Shown here: piece by piece, positions 33,119 through 42,555 of the stretch
Layout of the letters: every line of letters starts with the position of its first letter
Numbering within the stretch: position 1 is the first letter of the stretch
NCBI GenBank assembly: GCA_963851415.1
Contig: CAWKPF010000002.1
Location: 4,438,239-4,502,238, forward strand
Direction: 5' to 3'
Source of the DNA: an uncultured Acidobacteriota bacterium
Lineage (GTDB): Bacteria; Acidobacteriota; Thermoanaerobaculia; Multivoradales; Multivoraceae
DNA length: 64,000 nt
Translations under genes and position numbers: made by a program
Notes under the pieces: model-generated
Seen by the model: the letters and a program-made list of their open reading frames with translations, nothing else
What the model was told of the DNA's origin: nothing
Databases searched by the model: none

Positions 33119-34252
33119 TCAGTCAGCGGAGGTCTCGGCTCCCTGTGCAGACTGCTCTGCGGCCTCCGGAAGATCACTCGTCGCGATGACGAAGTCTCGA
33201 TCGGTGGTCGACTCCGCGCTCAGCGGCAGGTTCGTCACGACCAGGCTGGCCCCGGGGTGGAGCAACGAGAAGAGCTGGTTTCCGATCTCCGGGTCGGCGC
33301 GGATTCTCCCGACGATCTCGGTGTGATAGCTCTCATGGGTCGCACCGGTGGGCAAAGCCACCGCCATCCACAACGGCATGGGCACGTCGGGCGCGAAGGG
33401 ATTGGGCTCGTCGGAGGTGCCCGCGAGAACGGTGGACACGCCGGCGGGCAGTGGTCTCTCCGGGTCCTCGATCTGCAGGGGCACCTGGCCGATCAGGACC
33501 CCACCTCGGTAGATGTGAGCTCGCTGATCGGCGCCGCTGACCACGATTCCGACGGGTCCCTCCGGGGCGACCTCCGGATTCCAGACCACTTCGGCTTCTC
33601 TCTCTCCCGCGCTCTCCCCTTGTTCCAGGCCCTGCAGCGTGGCGGTCGGCAACACCAGGCCGGAATGGGCGATCACCGTAGGGGCCGAGATCTCGTCCGC
33701 GATCACGACCGTACCGCCATCGTCGGTCACTTCGAAGAGCAGGGCCGAGAACGGCTCGGGCATCCGCACGCAGCCGTGCGAGGCCGGGAAGCCCGGGAGT
33801 TTGCCGGCGTGCAGTGCGATACCGGTCCAGGTCAGCCGCTGCATGTTGGGCATGGCCGCGCCGGGAAAGAGATTCGAGACGTGAGTGCGATCCTTCTCCA
33901 GGATGTGGAACACCCCGGTCGGAGTCTCGTGCCCGGTCTTGCCGGTCGAGACTGTCGAGATTCCGATCCGAATGCCATTGCGGTAGACCTTGGCCAACTG
34001 GTCGGGAATGCTCACCAGAATGACCACGGGGCCGCTCGGTGAGATCTGCGGATACCAGCGATACTCCCCCGGACTGAGAGGGAGCGCCGTCTCGTCCAGC
34101 TCCCGCATCAGGTTCTGTTCCTCGGATTGGCGCTCGCCGTCGGTGAGCGTGGACTCTGCGCTGCCGAGGCTCGGATCCTCATCCGGACCGGCGCAGGCGG
34201 TCAGGATGAGCCCGAGGCAGACTACGAGAGGGGCGAATTTCGAATGACGCAT
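33119..34252 (-). CDS. L,D-transpeptidase (YkuD) domain lipoprotein.
   Basis: Lipobox LTAC. YkuD catalytic block ALHAGKLPGFPASHGCVRM. 377 aa. Confidence 0.8.
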   Translation of the reverse strand: MRHSKFAPLVVCLGLILTACAGPDEDPSLGSAESTLTDGERQSEEQNLMRELDETALPLSPGEYRWYPQISPSGPVVILVSIPDQLAKVYRNGIRIGISTVSTGKTGHETPTGVFHILEKDRTHVSNLFPGAAMPNMQRLTWTGIALHAGKLPGFPASHGCVRMPEPFSALLFEVTDDGGTVVIADEISAPTVIAHSGLVLPTATLQGLEQGESAGEREAEVVWNPEVAPEGPVGIVVSGADQRAHIYRGGVLIGQVPLQIEDPERPLPAGVSTVLAGTSDEPNPFAPDVPMPLWMAVALPTGATHESYHTEIVGRIRADPEIGNQLFSLLHPGASLVVTNLPLSAESTTDRDFVIATSDLPEAAEQSAQGAETSAD

Positions 34253-34327
34253 GACATGTCTCCATCTGATTCCGCTGCGAGGCTCACCGTCTGGGACGGA
34301 CCTGAGGCGGCTCGAAGATTCTGTGAA

Positions 34328-35545
34328 CTATTCCGCGTAGATCTGAAGGTCGGTGCCGACTCGGTCGGCGATCTGAAGAGTGGTCGCGAGGTCCGGATGA
34401 CGCACGATGACCCAGCCATCGGAGAGCAACGTGGCCCGCCAGTTGCGCCGGGGAGCACCGGGGGGGAGGAGATCCACCGACACGATGTGATCGCCGCACT
34501 GGGCCATCAGTCGTTCGAGACCTTCGATGCGTTGGATTCGCCCGCGCCCGTGAGCGCGTTTGAAGATCACGGCGGCATTGTAGCGTCGGTCCACGCTCTG
34601 GCCGAAGCTGCCGTGACAAACCGCTTCAGCCCAGCCACGAAAGACGTCGATATCGCAGCCGTAGTTCATCAACTCGACCGAGCGGGCTCCTGGCGGCCGG
34701 CCTCCGATCTCCCCGAAGACGGCTTCCCCGTCGGGGGTGAGGAACCACTCCATGTGCGTGAAGCCGGTGTCGAGCCCGAGGACGTCGAGAACCTTGCGTC
34801 CGAGATCGAGTCCCGGAGCCAGCTTCGGGTCGCCGATCCTGCGTAGGGTCACGGTTTGCGGCGAGATCCACTCGACGTGGCGCGCGATGATCGGCTTGGG
34901 GCGGTACCACGCGATGTTGTCGTAGAGCACCCGACCGTTGGCGCAGATGGTGTCGTAGGTGTACTCCTCCCCCTCGACGAACTCCTCGACGGAGACAGTC
35001 GGTACGTGGCGCAGCAGGGGGAGCAACGTTTCGAGCTCTGCCGCGTCGTCGACCCGGTACGTATCGGCCGATCCGGCGCCTGCGATCGGCTTGATCACCA
35101 GGGGGTAGCCGATGCGCTCCGCGGCCTCACGGCAGCCTTTGGCCGTGCTCTCGCGCGAATGACGGGGGGTGCGGAGACCGGCCTCGTCCAGCAGCTGTTT
35201 CATGCGCTCTTTGTCACGAAGCGGCACGGTCTGCTCGACACTCATCCCCGGTAGACCGGTGGCCTCACGAATCCGTGCGGCGAGCAACATGGTGGGCTCC
35301 CAGAGGGATTCCACCCGGTCGAGGGAGACGCGCCGTGCGTACTCGGTGACCTGATGGACCACGGCCCGCTCGTCGAACAGCGAAGGAACCTGGATGTGGT
35401 CGGAGAGTGCGTGGCGCGTCATCTCGGGCAGGGCGCCTGCGGGCTGGTCCGAAAGTCCGACCACCTCTGCACCGACCTCGGTCAGGCCGCGGGCGAAGAA
35501 AGGCATCTCGGCGGGGAACCCGGGGGCGATCATCAGTACACGCAC
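34328..35545 (-). CDS. ATP-grasp fold carboxylate-amine ligase (L-amino-acid-ligase/ATP-grasp_4-like), paralog 1.
   Basis: GTG start 7 nt after the upstream stop, with gaaggag SD. ATP-grasp-like blocks GYPLVIKPIAGAGSADTYRVDD, VSVEEFVEGEEYTYDT and HMEWFLTPDGEAVFGEIGGRPPG. The N-terminus MRVLMIAPGFP is shared with paralogs 2 and 3. Confidence 0.82.
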   Translation of the reverse strand: MRVLMIAPGFPAEMPFFARGLTEVGAEVVGLSDQPAGALPEMTRHALSDHIQVPSLFDERAVVHQVTEYARRVSLDRVESLWEPTMLLAARIREATGLPGMSVEQTVPLRDKERMKQLLDEAGLRTPRHSRESTAKGCREAAERIGYPLVIKPIAGAGSADTYRVDDAAELETLLPLLRHVPTVSVEEFVEGEEYTYDTICANGRVLYDNIAWYRPKPIIARHVEWISPQTVTLRRIGDPKLAPGLDLGRKVLDVLGLDTGFTHMEWFLTPDGEAVFGEIGGRPPGARSVELMNYGCDIDVFRGWAEAVCHGSFGQSVDRRYNAAVIFKRAHGRGRIQRIEGLERLMAQCGDHIVSVDLLPPGAPRRNWRATLLSDGWVIVRHPDLATTLQIADRVGTDLQIYAE

Positions 35546-35552
35546 GGGGTGA

Positions 35553-36776
35553 CTACTCCTTCAGCTCGACGCGTACGGTCGAAACGATCGTTCGCAGGGC
35601 GCTCTCCACTACGGCGGTCTCGGGGTGGCGGACGATCACGTAGCCCTCTCCCTCGTATCCCGAGGCCGCGGGTTGTCCCTCGCGAGGCAGTTGGGCCTGA
35701 ACCACCAGGTCGCCGACCGCTCGTTGGACCTCTTCGAGGCCGTGTACCGCGACCACTCGTCCCTTGCCCTGGCCGCGAAGAAAGGCCGCACCGGCAGAGT
35801 AGCGCCGCTCGGGAGGATCGAAGGTGTGGTGGATCATCAGCTGCGCCCAGGCCCGATAGAAGTCGAGATCGTGGGCGTAGGAGATCAACGTGGTGATCTG
35901 GGCGCCGGGCGGTCGCGCTGCGACCTCCGAGATCGCGAGGCTGCCGTCGGGGCGCCGGAACCACTCGAGGTGGGTCAGTCCGGTTTCGAGGCCGAGAGCC
36001 GATACGGCGGCGAAGGCGGCCTCGCGAATGTCGTCGTAGCGCGGATCGTCGACCTCCCGAGGCAGCAGCACACACCACTGGATCCACGGATTGCGCAGGA
36101 CGTCCAGGGGGGTCGGCTGGTAGTGCGTGATCGAATGCCAGACCGGAGTCCCTCCGATCGAGACCGAGTCGAACGATTGCTCGTCGCCGAGCACGAACTC
36201 TTCGAGCAGAAGCGGCTGCTGCTGGGAGGGGCGAGTGAAGCCGAGGACTTCGCGCAGCGCGCTCTCGTGGTCGACGCGGTAGGTGCCGGTGGCTCCGGCG
36301 CCGGCCGGGGGCTTCAGCACCAGGGGAAAGCCCGTTGCCCGGGCGAATTCGAGCGCCTCCTCGTCGTTCCGGGCAAGGCGATGGCGGGCACAGGGGATTC
36401 CGGCTCCACGCAGGACGTCCTTCATCCTCGATTTGTCGCGAAAGTTGAGCGCCGTCTCGGTGTCCATTCCCGGAATTCGGAGCTCGTCGCGGGCTCGGGC
36501 CAGGGCGACCTGCATGTGCTCCAGGACTCCGAACAGGCGGTCGAGGCCCCCCAACTGCTGGGCTAGCCCCGACGCGCCCTGCACGAGCTGCTGCCAGTCG
36601 AGCGCGTTGTCGACCCGCCAGTGCCCGTCCAGCGTCTCGCGCAGATCTGCGGGCAGCCGCTCGAGTGGCTCCTGGGTGATCAGCCCCAGGCGCACGCCGT
36701 CCAGCCCAGCCGCAGCGCGGACGAAGCGTTGCGTGGTCGGAGGCAGGTAGGGTGCAACGAAGGCGACGTGGATCAA
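35553..36776 (-). CDS. ATP-grasp fold carboxylate-amine ligase, paralog 2.
   Basis: TTG start (MIHVAFVAPYLP). Blocks GFPLVLKPPAGAGATGTYRVDH, LLEEFVLGDEQSFDS and HLEWFRRPDGSLAISEVAARPPG. It is co-directional with, and immediately upstream of, paralog 1. Confidence 0.8.
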   Translation of the reverse strand: MIHVAFVAPYLPPTTQRFVRAAAGLDGVRLGLITQEPLERLPADLRETLDGHWRVDNALDWQQLVQGASGLAQQLGGLDRLFGVLEHMQVALARARDELRIPGMDTETALNFRDKSRMKDVLRGAGIPCARHRLARNDEEALEFARATGFPLVLKPPAGAGATGTYRVDHESALREVLGFTRPSQQQPLLLEEFVLGDEQSFDSVSIGGTPVWHSITHYQPTPLDVLRNPWIQWCVLLPREVDDPRYDDIREAAFAAVSALGLETGLTHLEWFRRPDGSLAISEVAARPPGAQITTLISYAHDLDFYRAWAQLMIHHTFDPPERRYSAGAAFLRGQGKGRVVAVHGLEEVQRAVGDLVVQAQLPREGQPAASGYEGEGYVIVRHPETAVVESALRTIVSTVRVELKE

Positions 36777-36893
36777 GAGTCCAGTCTACCTTGCGGGCTC
36801 GCTGCGTTGCGAGAGGGCATACGCTGTGAGCGGAATCGGTCCGCGCCGGTCGTCGCGCAGGTATGCTCGGGCTGATCGGAGGTTCTCGAGCTC

Positions 36894-38351
36894 ATGAAGA
36901 TCTGTCTGCTCTGCGCCGAGCTCTCACCCTTCGCCAAGACCGGAGGACTGGGGGACGCCGTCGCCGGCCTGGCTCGCTTTCTTCACGAAAAGAGAGAGCT
37001 GGGTGTGGAGCTGCGCGTATTCCTGCCCGACTACGCCTCGGGCAAGGTAGACCGGGATCGCGTCGTCCCGGTCGACTACCTGCAGGGCCTCTCGACGGTG
37101 ATGGGAGGGCGCCGCTTCTCCTACGATGTCCACACGACGAATCTTCCCGACACCGATCTTCCGGTCTATCTGATCGACTGTCCGGAACTCTACGGTCGTG
37201 CCGGAATCTACGACGATCGGGGCGACGAGCATCAGCGCTTCGCGCTGCTCTCGCGGGCGGCCATCGAATCGTGCCAGGGCATGGGATTCGGCCCCGATGT
37301 GTTCCATTGCCACGACTGGCACGCCGGACTGACGCCGCTCTATCTGCGCACCGAGTACGCGTGGGATCGGCTCTTCTCCTCGAGTGCGACCCTGGTGACG
37401 ATTCACAACATCGCCTATCAGGGTACGTTTCCCGCTCGTGCCGTGGCCGAGGTGGGTCTCGCCCGCTCCGCCGGAGCTCTGCACCAGGAGGACCTGGCTC
37501 ACGGGCGGTTCAGCTTCCTGACTACGGCCATCCTCTATGCCGACTGGCTCTCCACGGTGAGCCGTTCCCACGCCTGGGAGATCCAGACCCCCGAGCTCGG
37601 TTTCGGTCTCGACGCCCTGCTTCGCGAGCGCTCCGATCACCTCTCGGGAATCGTCAACGGGGTCGACTATTCGGAGTGGGATCCTCGCACCGACGAAGTG
37701 ATCGAAGCGCGATACTCGCCGGAGGACCTTTCGGGGAAGGAGACCAATCGTCGCCGGCTGCTCGAGAAGCTCAGGCTCGACTGGGATCCTCATGCTCCGG
37801 TGCTCTCGGTGGTCTCGCGCCTGGTGGCGCAGAAGGGCCTCGATGTTCTGGTCTCTCCCCTACAGGATGCGCTCGGTCATCGCAACGTTCGAGTCGTGGT
37901 GCTGGGCAGCGGCGAGCCGGAGCTGGAGCAGGTGTTCCAGGCGCTCGATCAGCGCTTCCCCGGGCGGATGCGCTTCTATCGGGGCTTCGACAACGACCTG
38001 GCACACGAGATCTACGCCGGGTCCGATGTGTTCCTGATGCCTTCCCGTTACGAGCCGTGTGGCCTGAGCCAGCTCTACAGTCTGCGTTATGGAACCCCCC
38101 CCCTCGTGCACCGCACGGGAGGACTGGCAGATACCGTGGAGCTCTACGATTCGGCCCACGGCACCGGCACCGGATTCGTGTTCGATCATCTCGACGATCG
38201 TGCCGTGCGTTGGGCTCTGGGCTACGCCCTCGACAGCTACGCCGATCGCGAGGGCTGGCAGCGGCTGATGCGCAACGGAATGGCGAAGGACTTCTCCTGG
38301 GCGGTGCAAGGGGAGCGCTACCTCGAGCTCTACCGCTCCCTGGCGAGGTAA
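36894..38351 (+). CDS. glgA: Glycogen synthase (ADP-glucose-dependent starch/glycogen synthase).
   Basis: MKICLLCAELSPFAKTGGLGDAVAGLARFL N-terminus (KTGGL motif). C-terminal GT-B blocks GSDVFLMPSRYEPCGLSQLYSLRYGTPPLVHRTGGLADTV. 485 aa. Confidence 0.92.
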   Translation: MKICLLCAELSPFAKTGGLGDAVAGLARFLHEKRELGVELRVFLPDYASGKVDRDRVVPVDYLQGLSTVMGGRRFSYDVHTTNLPDTDLPVYLIDCPELYGRAGIYDDRGDEHQRFALLSRAAIESCQGMGFGPDVFHCHDWHAGLTPLYLRTEYAWDRLFSSSATLVTIHNIAYQGTFPARAVAEVGLARSAGALHQEDLAHGRFSFLTTAILYADWLSTVSRSHAWEIQTPELGFGLDALLRERSDHLSGIVNGVDYSEWDPRTDEVIEARYSPEDLSGKETNRRRLLEKLRLDWDPHAPVLSVVSRLVAQKGLDVLVSPLQDALGHRNVRVVVLGSGEPELEQVFQALDQRFPGRMRFYRGFDNDLAHEIYAGSDVFLMPSRYEPCGLSQLYSLRYGTPPLVHRTGGLADTVELYDSAHGTGTGFVFDHLDDRAVRWALGYALDSYADREGWQRLMRNGMAKDFSWAVQGERYLELYRSLAR

Positions 38352-38372
38352 CCCGGCCTCTGGCTCGCTGGT

Positions 38373-39101
38373 TCAGGCCAGCTCGTCGAGGTACTTCGGG
38401 AGCATCGCGCGCCAGGTCATCCAGTCGTGGTCCCACTCGGGTCCCCACGGATCGACCCGATTGGGGATTCCCTTGGCGCCCAGCACCGAAGCGGCCCGCC
38501 ACGACTGTCCGGGATCTTCCCACCGACCCTCGCCCGTGGGAAACACCACGAAACGCTCGCGGAGCTTCGAGAGTTGCTCGCTCTCCCCGAGGTCGGGAAG
38601 GTAGTGTAGCGGCGAGGAGAAGTAGAAGTCCTGGTTCATTTCTCCGTCGAGCCAGCGGGTGAGATCGTACGTCCCGCTCATGCAGATCGCCGTCTTGAAC
38701 GCGTCGGGATGCCGGCAGATCGCGGCGAGTGCGTTGAAGGCACCGATCGAGGCGCCGGCGGTCACGATCTCGATCGCGTCCGCTTCGCAATCTCGGCGGA
38801 TCGCCGGCACCAGCTCTTCGTAGATGAAGCGATCGAACTGGTTCTGCACCCAGGATCGGTGATGGGCGCTGCCCTCTCCGGAGCTCCAGGCCCGGCCTGC
38901 GACGCTGTCGCAGGAGTAGAGCTTGATGCGACCGGCCTCGATCAGCGGCGTCAGGACCTTCACCATCAGGAAACGCTCGCACTCCTCCGCATCGCCTCCT
39001 GCGGTGGGGAAGAGCAGGACGGGTGTGCCGTACGTGCCCCAGCGTGCAATGGCGATCTGTTGTCGCAAGTGCTGCGAGTACCAGTCGGTCTTGAGTTTCA
39101 T
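38373..39101 (-). CDS. Putative esterase (alpha/beta hydrolase, esterase-D/Fes-like PF00756-type).
   Basis: ATG at 39101 lies 14 nt after the upstream stop. Sequence MKLKTDWYSQ...TPVLLFPTAGGDAEE...VTAGASIGAFNALAAICRHPDAF is typical of this family. The ORF-track extension to 39236 overlaps the upstream gene and is rejected. Confidence 0.72.
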   Translation of the reverse strand: MKLKTDWYSQHLRQQIAIARWGTYGTPVLLFPTAGGDAEECERFLMVKVLTPLIEAGRIKLYSCDSVAGRAWSSGEGSAHHRSWVQNQFDRFIYEELVPAIRRDCEADAIEIVTAGASIGAFNALAAICRHPDAFKTAICMSGTYDLTRWLDGEMNQDFYFSSPLHYLPDLGESEQLSKLRERFVVFPTGEGRWEDPGQSWRAASVLGAKGIPNRVDPWGPEWDHDWMTWRAMLPKYLDELA

Positions 39102-39114
39102 CTCGTCTTCCTCG

Positions 39115-40359
39115 TCAGGCGCTCGGGTCGCCTTCTTCCTCTCGCCACAGTTGGATCTGGCTCCAGAAGTGGTCGACGAAGTGATCCACCTCGTGCTCCG
39201 GGAAGAGTGACTCGACCTTGAGGCGCACCGCCTCACGAGCGCGGTCGGAGCCGAAGAAATCGTAGGAGACCTCGTCGAGGTTGCCGAGATGGGTCGCGCA
39301 GAATTCGTCGAAGCGATCGACGTCGAAGTGCTTCCTGGCGATCGCGGCGTAGCCGGCGAGTTTCTCGCGGTAGGGCACGTCGCGAGCAGCGATCTCGTAG
39401 TACGGCGCCCAGTCCAGGTTCTGGCGCATCGGTCGATCGGTGACCGCGCAAAACAGGCTCCAGCGAATCAGCGACTTCACGAGCCAGGGGAAGTGGTAGT
39501 GCAGGCTCGTGACCTGGGAATCGGGGCACGCGTTGGCGAAGTCGATGGGGTGGAACTCGCCGTCCTGGCGCAGGGACTCGCACGAGTTGAAGTCCCAGCC
39601 GAAGAAGCTGTTGATGGTCAGCGTCATCTCTGCCAGCAGGGCCTCCTCCTCGGCGCTCAAGAAATCGTGCGCCACCTCGTAGCGTGCGTGCAGGGGAGCG
39701 CTCGGCTCGTAGCGCACCGCTCTTACCTGCGGCCCTACACCGATCGCTCGCACGAAGAGGTCGAAGGGGTCGATGGCCTCCTGGAAGTGAAGGAGTCGAA
39801 TCTCGCTTTCGTCGTAGCGTTGGCGTAGCTGCTCTTCGTTCTCGATGCGCTCGACCCCGACCCAGGCACCACCGTCGTACGGCTTCATGAACAGGGGGTA
39901 GCCGAGCTCCTTGCCGATCACTCCGAGGTCGAAGAGCCGTGCATACTGGCGCAACGTGGACTCGAGGTCGACACTCGGCTCGTAGGATTTGGGAGGCACC
40001 AGCCAGGTATCGGGTACTGGCATGCCGAGCCTCATCATGGCGCAGTAGGTGGTCTGCTTCTCCATGGACTGGATCGACCAGGGATTGTTGAGCACGTAGA
40101 GATCGTCCATCAGGATCGACTTCTTGATCCACTCACGGCTGGTCTTGTACCAGTGGGTGAGCCGGTCCAGGACCACGTCGTAGCGACAGGGCTGTCGAAG
40201 TGAGAAGGGCTCGATCGAGACCCGCTCGACTTCGATCTTCACGGTGTCGCCCGCCATCGGAACGGCGAGGTCGAGGCGGGATACGATCTCTTCGTAGCAG
40301 ATCGGCCAGCACAGGTCGGCACCGAGAGACAATCCGATGCGGCGTTGGATCTCAGCCAT
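39115..40359 (-). CDS. Divergent ATP-grasp-like ligase (RimK/GshB-like core), 414 aa.
   Basis: ATG preceded by ggggtagagg. The central block ELGYPLFMKPYDGGAWVGVERIENEEQLRQRYD resembles the ATP-grasp nucleotide-binding region. The protein is richer in W, F, Y and K than its neighbours. It is unrelated in sequence to the three ~405-aa paralogs. Confidence 0.65.
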   Translation of the reverse strand: MAEIQRRIGLSLGADLCWPICYEEIVSRLDLAVPMAGDTVKIEVERVSIEPFSLRQPCRYDVVLDRLTHWYKTSREWIKKSILMDDLYVLNNPWSIQSMEKQTTYCAMMRLGMPVPDTWLVPPKSYEPSVDLESTLRQYARLFDLGVIGKELGYPLFMKPYDGGAWVGVERIENEEQLRQRYDESEIRLLHFQEAIDPFDLFVRAIGVGPQVRAVRYEPSAPLHARYEVAHDFLSAEEEALLAEMTLTINSFFGWDFNSCESLRQDGEFHPIDFANACPDSQVTSLHYHFPWLVKSLIRWSLFCAVTDRPMRQNLDWAPYYEIAARDVPYREKLAGYAAIARKHFDVDRFDEFCATHLGNLDEVSYDFFGSDRAREAVRLKVESLFPEHEVDHFVDHFWSQIQLWREEEGDPSA

Positions 40360-40402
40360 GACCTCTACCCCTGTTCACGTAGCTCTGGTTTGTTCGTGAC
40401 AT

Positions 40403-41542
40403 CTATTCGTAGACCATCCAGAGCGGCCCCGGGAAGAGCCAGGAGAGTCCCTCGCGCAGTCGATCCCGCCAGTTCTCCCAGTTGTGGCCGTCCCGCGCCT
40501 CGACGTAGCGCACCTCGGCGCCGGTCGATTGCATCAGGGGAAGGAGAGATCGATTCTCGTAGATCAGTGACTCGTAGACACCGCAGCTCATGAAGACCCG
40601 GTCGGCCGGTCGTTGGCCCTCGAGACGGAATCGTCTCATGAATCGCACCACCGGATCGAAGGCCGGGCCTCGGTCATGTCGGAAGCCGACATCGCTGAAG
40701 GCGAAGGAGCCCGACTGCAGGAGCAGCCGAGAGAACGTTCCGGGATGCTCGGAAGCGGCGGCGAGTGCGGCCACCGCGCCGAAGCTCGCCCCCATCAACG
40801 CACGCGCGGAGGCGTTCTGCTTGATCGGTAGCTTCGCTTCGAGCTCCGGCAGGAGCTCCTCTGCCAGGAATCGACCGTGTCGAGGGTCTGCGCCGTACTC
40901 GATCAGCCGATCGGGAGACTGGATCAAGGCCACCACGGGTGGCTCGATCTCGAGTCGTTCGATCAGGTTGTCGAGCACTGTCTGGAGGTTGGCGTAGCGC
41001 AGGTAGTCCTCTCCATCGTGCACGATCAGGAGCGGATGCCGTCGACGCGGACGATGTCGGGCGGGGAGGTAGAGCTGTACTTCGCGGCGATCGCCGAACA
41101 CGTCGCTGTCGATGGCGAGTCGGGCCATCTCGCCCTTTCGGCTCGTCGGGTCGGGCTGGGTCCAGGTCGGGACCTCGTAGCCTTCTCCATGGAGGACCGA
41201 GTTCGCGCCGAAGGGATCGTGAGCCTTCACCGGGTTGAGGGGATCGCGGATCCAGCGGTGGCGTCGCCCCTTGACGACATCGATCTTGTACTCGATGCGG
41301 GACTGGCGCGGAATCTCGAGCTCGAGCACCCAGAGCTCGCTGTCCCCGACCCTCCGGAAGGCCTGTTCCGACGGCAGTCCGTGGATCCAGTGGCGCAGGA
41401 GCACGCGGTCCGCTTCTCCTCGGTAGACCAGGGTGGCCGTGGTTCCCCGCACCGACGGGAACGTCTCGGTCTCGAGGAGTCGGTCGATCGCCTCGGCGGA
41501 GGGCGACTCGTCGGCCTCGAGCTCGCGGAGGATCTCGGTCAT
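40403..41542 (-). CDS. Enterochelin-esterase (Fes)-like esterase with N-terminal Ig/E-set-like domain.
   Basis: The ATG overlaps the upstream stop (ATGA). An N-terminal beta-domain (ATLVYRGEADRVLLRHWIHGL...EYKIDVV) is followed by an esterase core (HPLLIVHDGEDY..., LMGASFGAVAALAAASEHPGTF). Confidence 0.75.
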   Translation of the reverse strand: MTEILRELEADESPSAEAIDRLLETETFPSVRGTTATLVYRGEADRVLLRHWIHGLPSEQAFRRVGDSELWVLELEIPRQSRIEYKIDVVKGRRHRWIRDPLNPVKAHDPFGANSVLHGEGYEVPTWTQPDPTSRKGEMARLAIDSDVFGDRREVQLYLPARHRPRRRHPLLIVHDGEDYLRYANLQTVLDNLIERLEIEPPVVALIQSPDRLIEYGADPRHGRFLAEELLPELEAKLPIKQNASARALMGASFGAVAALAAASEHPGTFSRLLLQSGSFAFSDVGFRHDRGPAFDPVVRFMRRFRLEGQRPADRVFMSCGVYESLIYENRSLLPLMQSTGAEVRYVEARDGHNWENWRDRLREGLSWLFPGPLWMVYE

Positions 41543-42555
41543 CGGCTCGGCCCCTCGTTGCCGGTCCGACTCGCCAGGGTCGGAGCCTCCGGCTCGACGG
41601 ATTCGACTTCGCCGCTCGGCAGCAGCAGATCGACTCCGCCGGCGATCCAGGGACGGGCCGCCCCCGCTTGCGTCTCGATGCGCAACCAGCTCTCCTCGTT
41701 CATTCCGATGCAGCGGCTGGGGGCGAAGCGACGAGAGAGGAGGGACACTCGAGTCCGGTCTTCGAGACGGAGTCGTCGACGGGCGTGGGGAAAGGGTTGG
41801 ATCGCCGGGGCCCGATCCGCGAAGGGAAGTCGGAGGCCGTCGTCGAGCACTTCGGCGTTGCCGGCACCCCAGGGAGGAGAGTCGTGAAACAGCACGATCC
41901 GGGGGGCGAGCACCATCGCGCCGGCCGACACGGCGAGAATCGTCTTCTCGGCCAGGGTTCGCGCGAGCCCGAAGAGTCGCAGTCGGGTCAGCAGCACGGC
42001 GACGTGCCCTCCGGCGATCACCACCGCAGAAGCGTCGGCGAGCCGCGCCTCGATCTCGCGCTGCTCTCGAATCACCGACTCACGCTCCGTGGGCCGGGCC
42101 TGCTCGTCGAACTCCCGTTGCACCGAGCGCACCCGCTCCTGATGGTGACGGTCGAGAGCACGAACGGCCTCGAGCGCATCCTCCAGTTCCCCGGCCAGGA
42201 GATCCGCGCCCTCCGCCTCACCTCGTGGACCGAGCACCTCGAGCTCACGGACCGCGCCGACCGCGTGATCGAGACGGCGTCGGTAGAGCGCCTGCAAACG
42301 TTCGAGGCGTCGTTGGCGCTCCCGGTGGGCCTGGAAGAGATCCGGATCCTCCTCGAAGCAGCGCTCGGCACGGGCGTACAACTCCAGCGGTAGAGTCTGC
42401 GATCCAACGGCAGCGTCGAGCTCGGCCGTTTCGGCCTCGGCCTGGAGCCACCCTGCCGTGATCGCGGCGATCGGGGGGTCGAGCCCCAGCGCCTCGACGT
42501 GGGCGTGTAGTGTCGGCCGCAGCCGCTGGGGTCCCAGCATCACGATGGTGGTCAT
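41539..42555 (-). CDS. Peptidase S51-like (cyanophycinase / dipeptidase E family) protein.
   Basis: Blocks AVVIAGGHVAVLLTRLRLFGL and ILAVSAGAMVLAP resemble the S51 GG(G/N) and nucleophile-Ser regions. 338 aa. The assignment rests on weak motifs only. Confidence 0.55.
   Translation of the reverse strand: MTTIVMLGPQRLRPTLHAHVEALGLDPPIAAITAGWLQAEAETAELDAAVGSQTLPLELYARAERCFEEDPDLFQAHRERQRRLERLQALYRRRLDHAVGAVRELEVLGPRGEAEGADLLAGELEDALEAVRALDRHHQERVRSVQREFDEQARPTERESVIREQREIEARLADASAVVIAGGHVAVLLTRLRLFGLARTLAEKTILAVSAGAMVLAPRIVLFHDSPPWGAGNAEVLDDGLRLPFADRAPAIQPFPHARRRLRLEDRTRVSLLSRRFAPSRCIGMNEESWLRIETQAGAARPWIAGGVDLLLPSGEVESVEPEAPTLASRTGNEGPSR

Noticed and set aside
36863-38662. 599-aa plus-strand ORF overlapping glgA in another frame
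   Set aside because: The product is an R/G/S/P-rich off-frame reading of glgA. The glgA frame (36894..38351) has the KTGGL motif and full-length homology.
39115-40359. Horizontal acquisition of the 414-aa ATP-grasp-like gene
   Set aside because: Its amino-acid composition differs from neighbours, but by eye its DNA GC is still around 60% and it is embedded in a tightly coupled operon. Without computed GC or codon statistics this stays a weak impression and I did not call it a mobile element.
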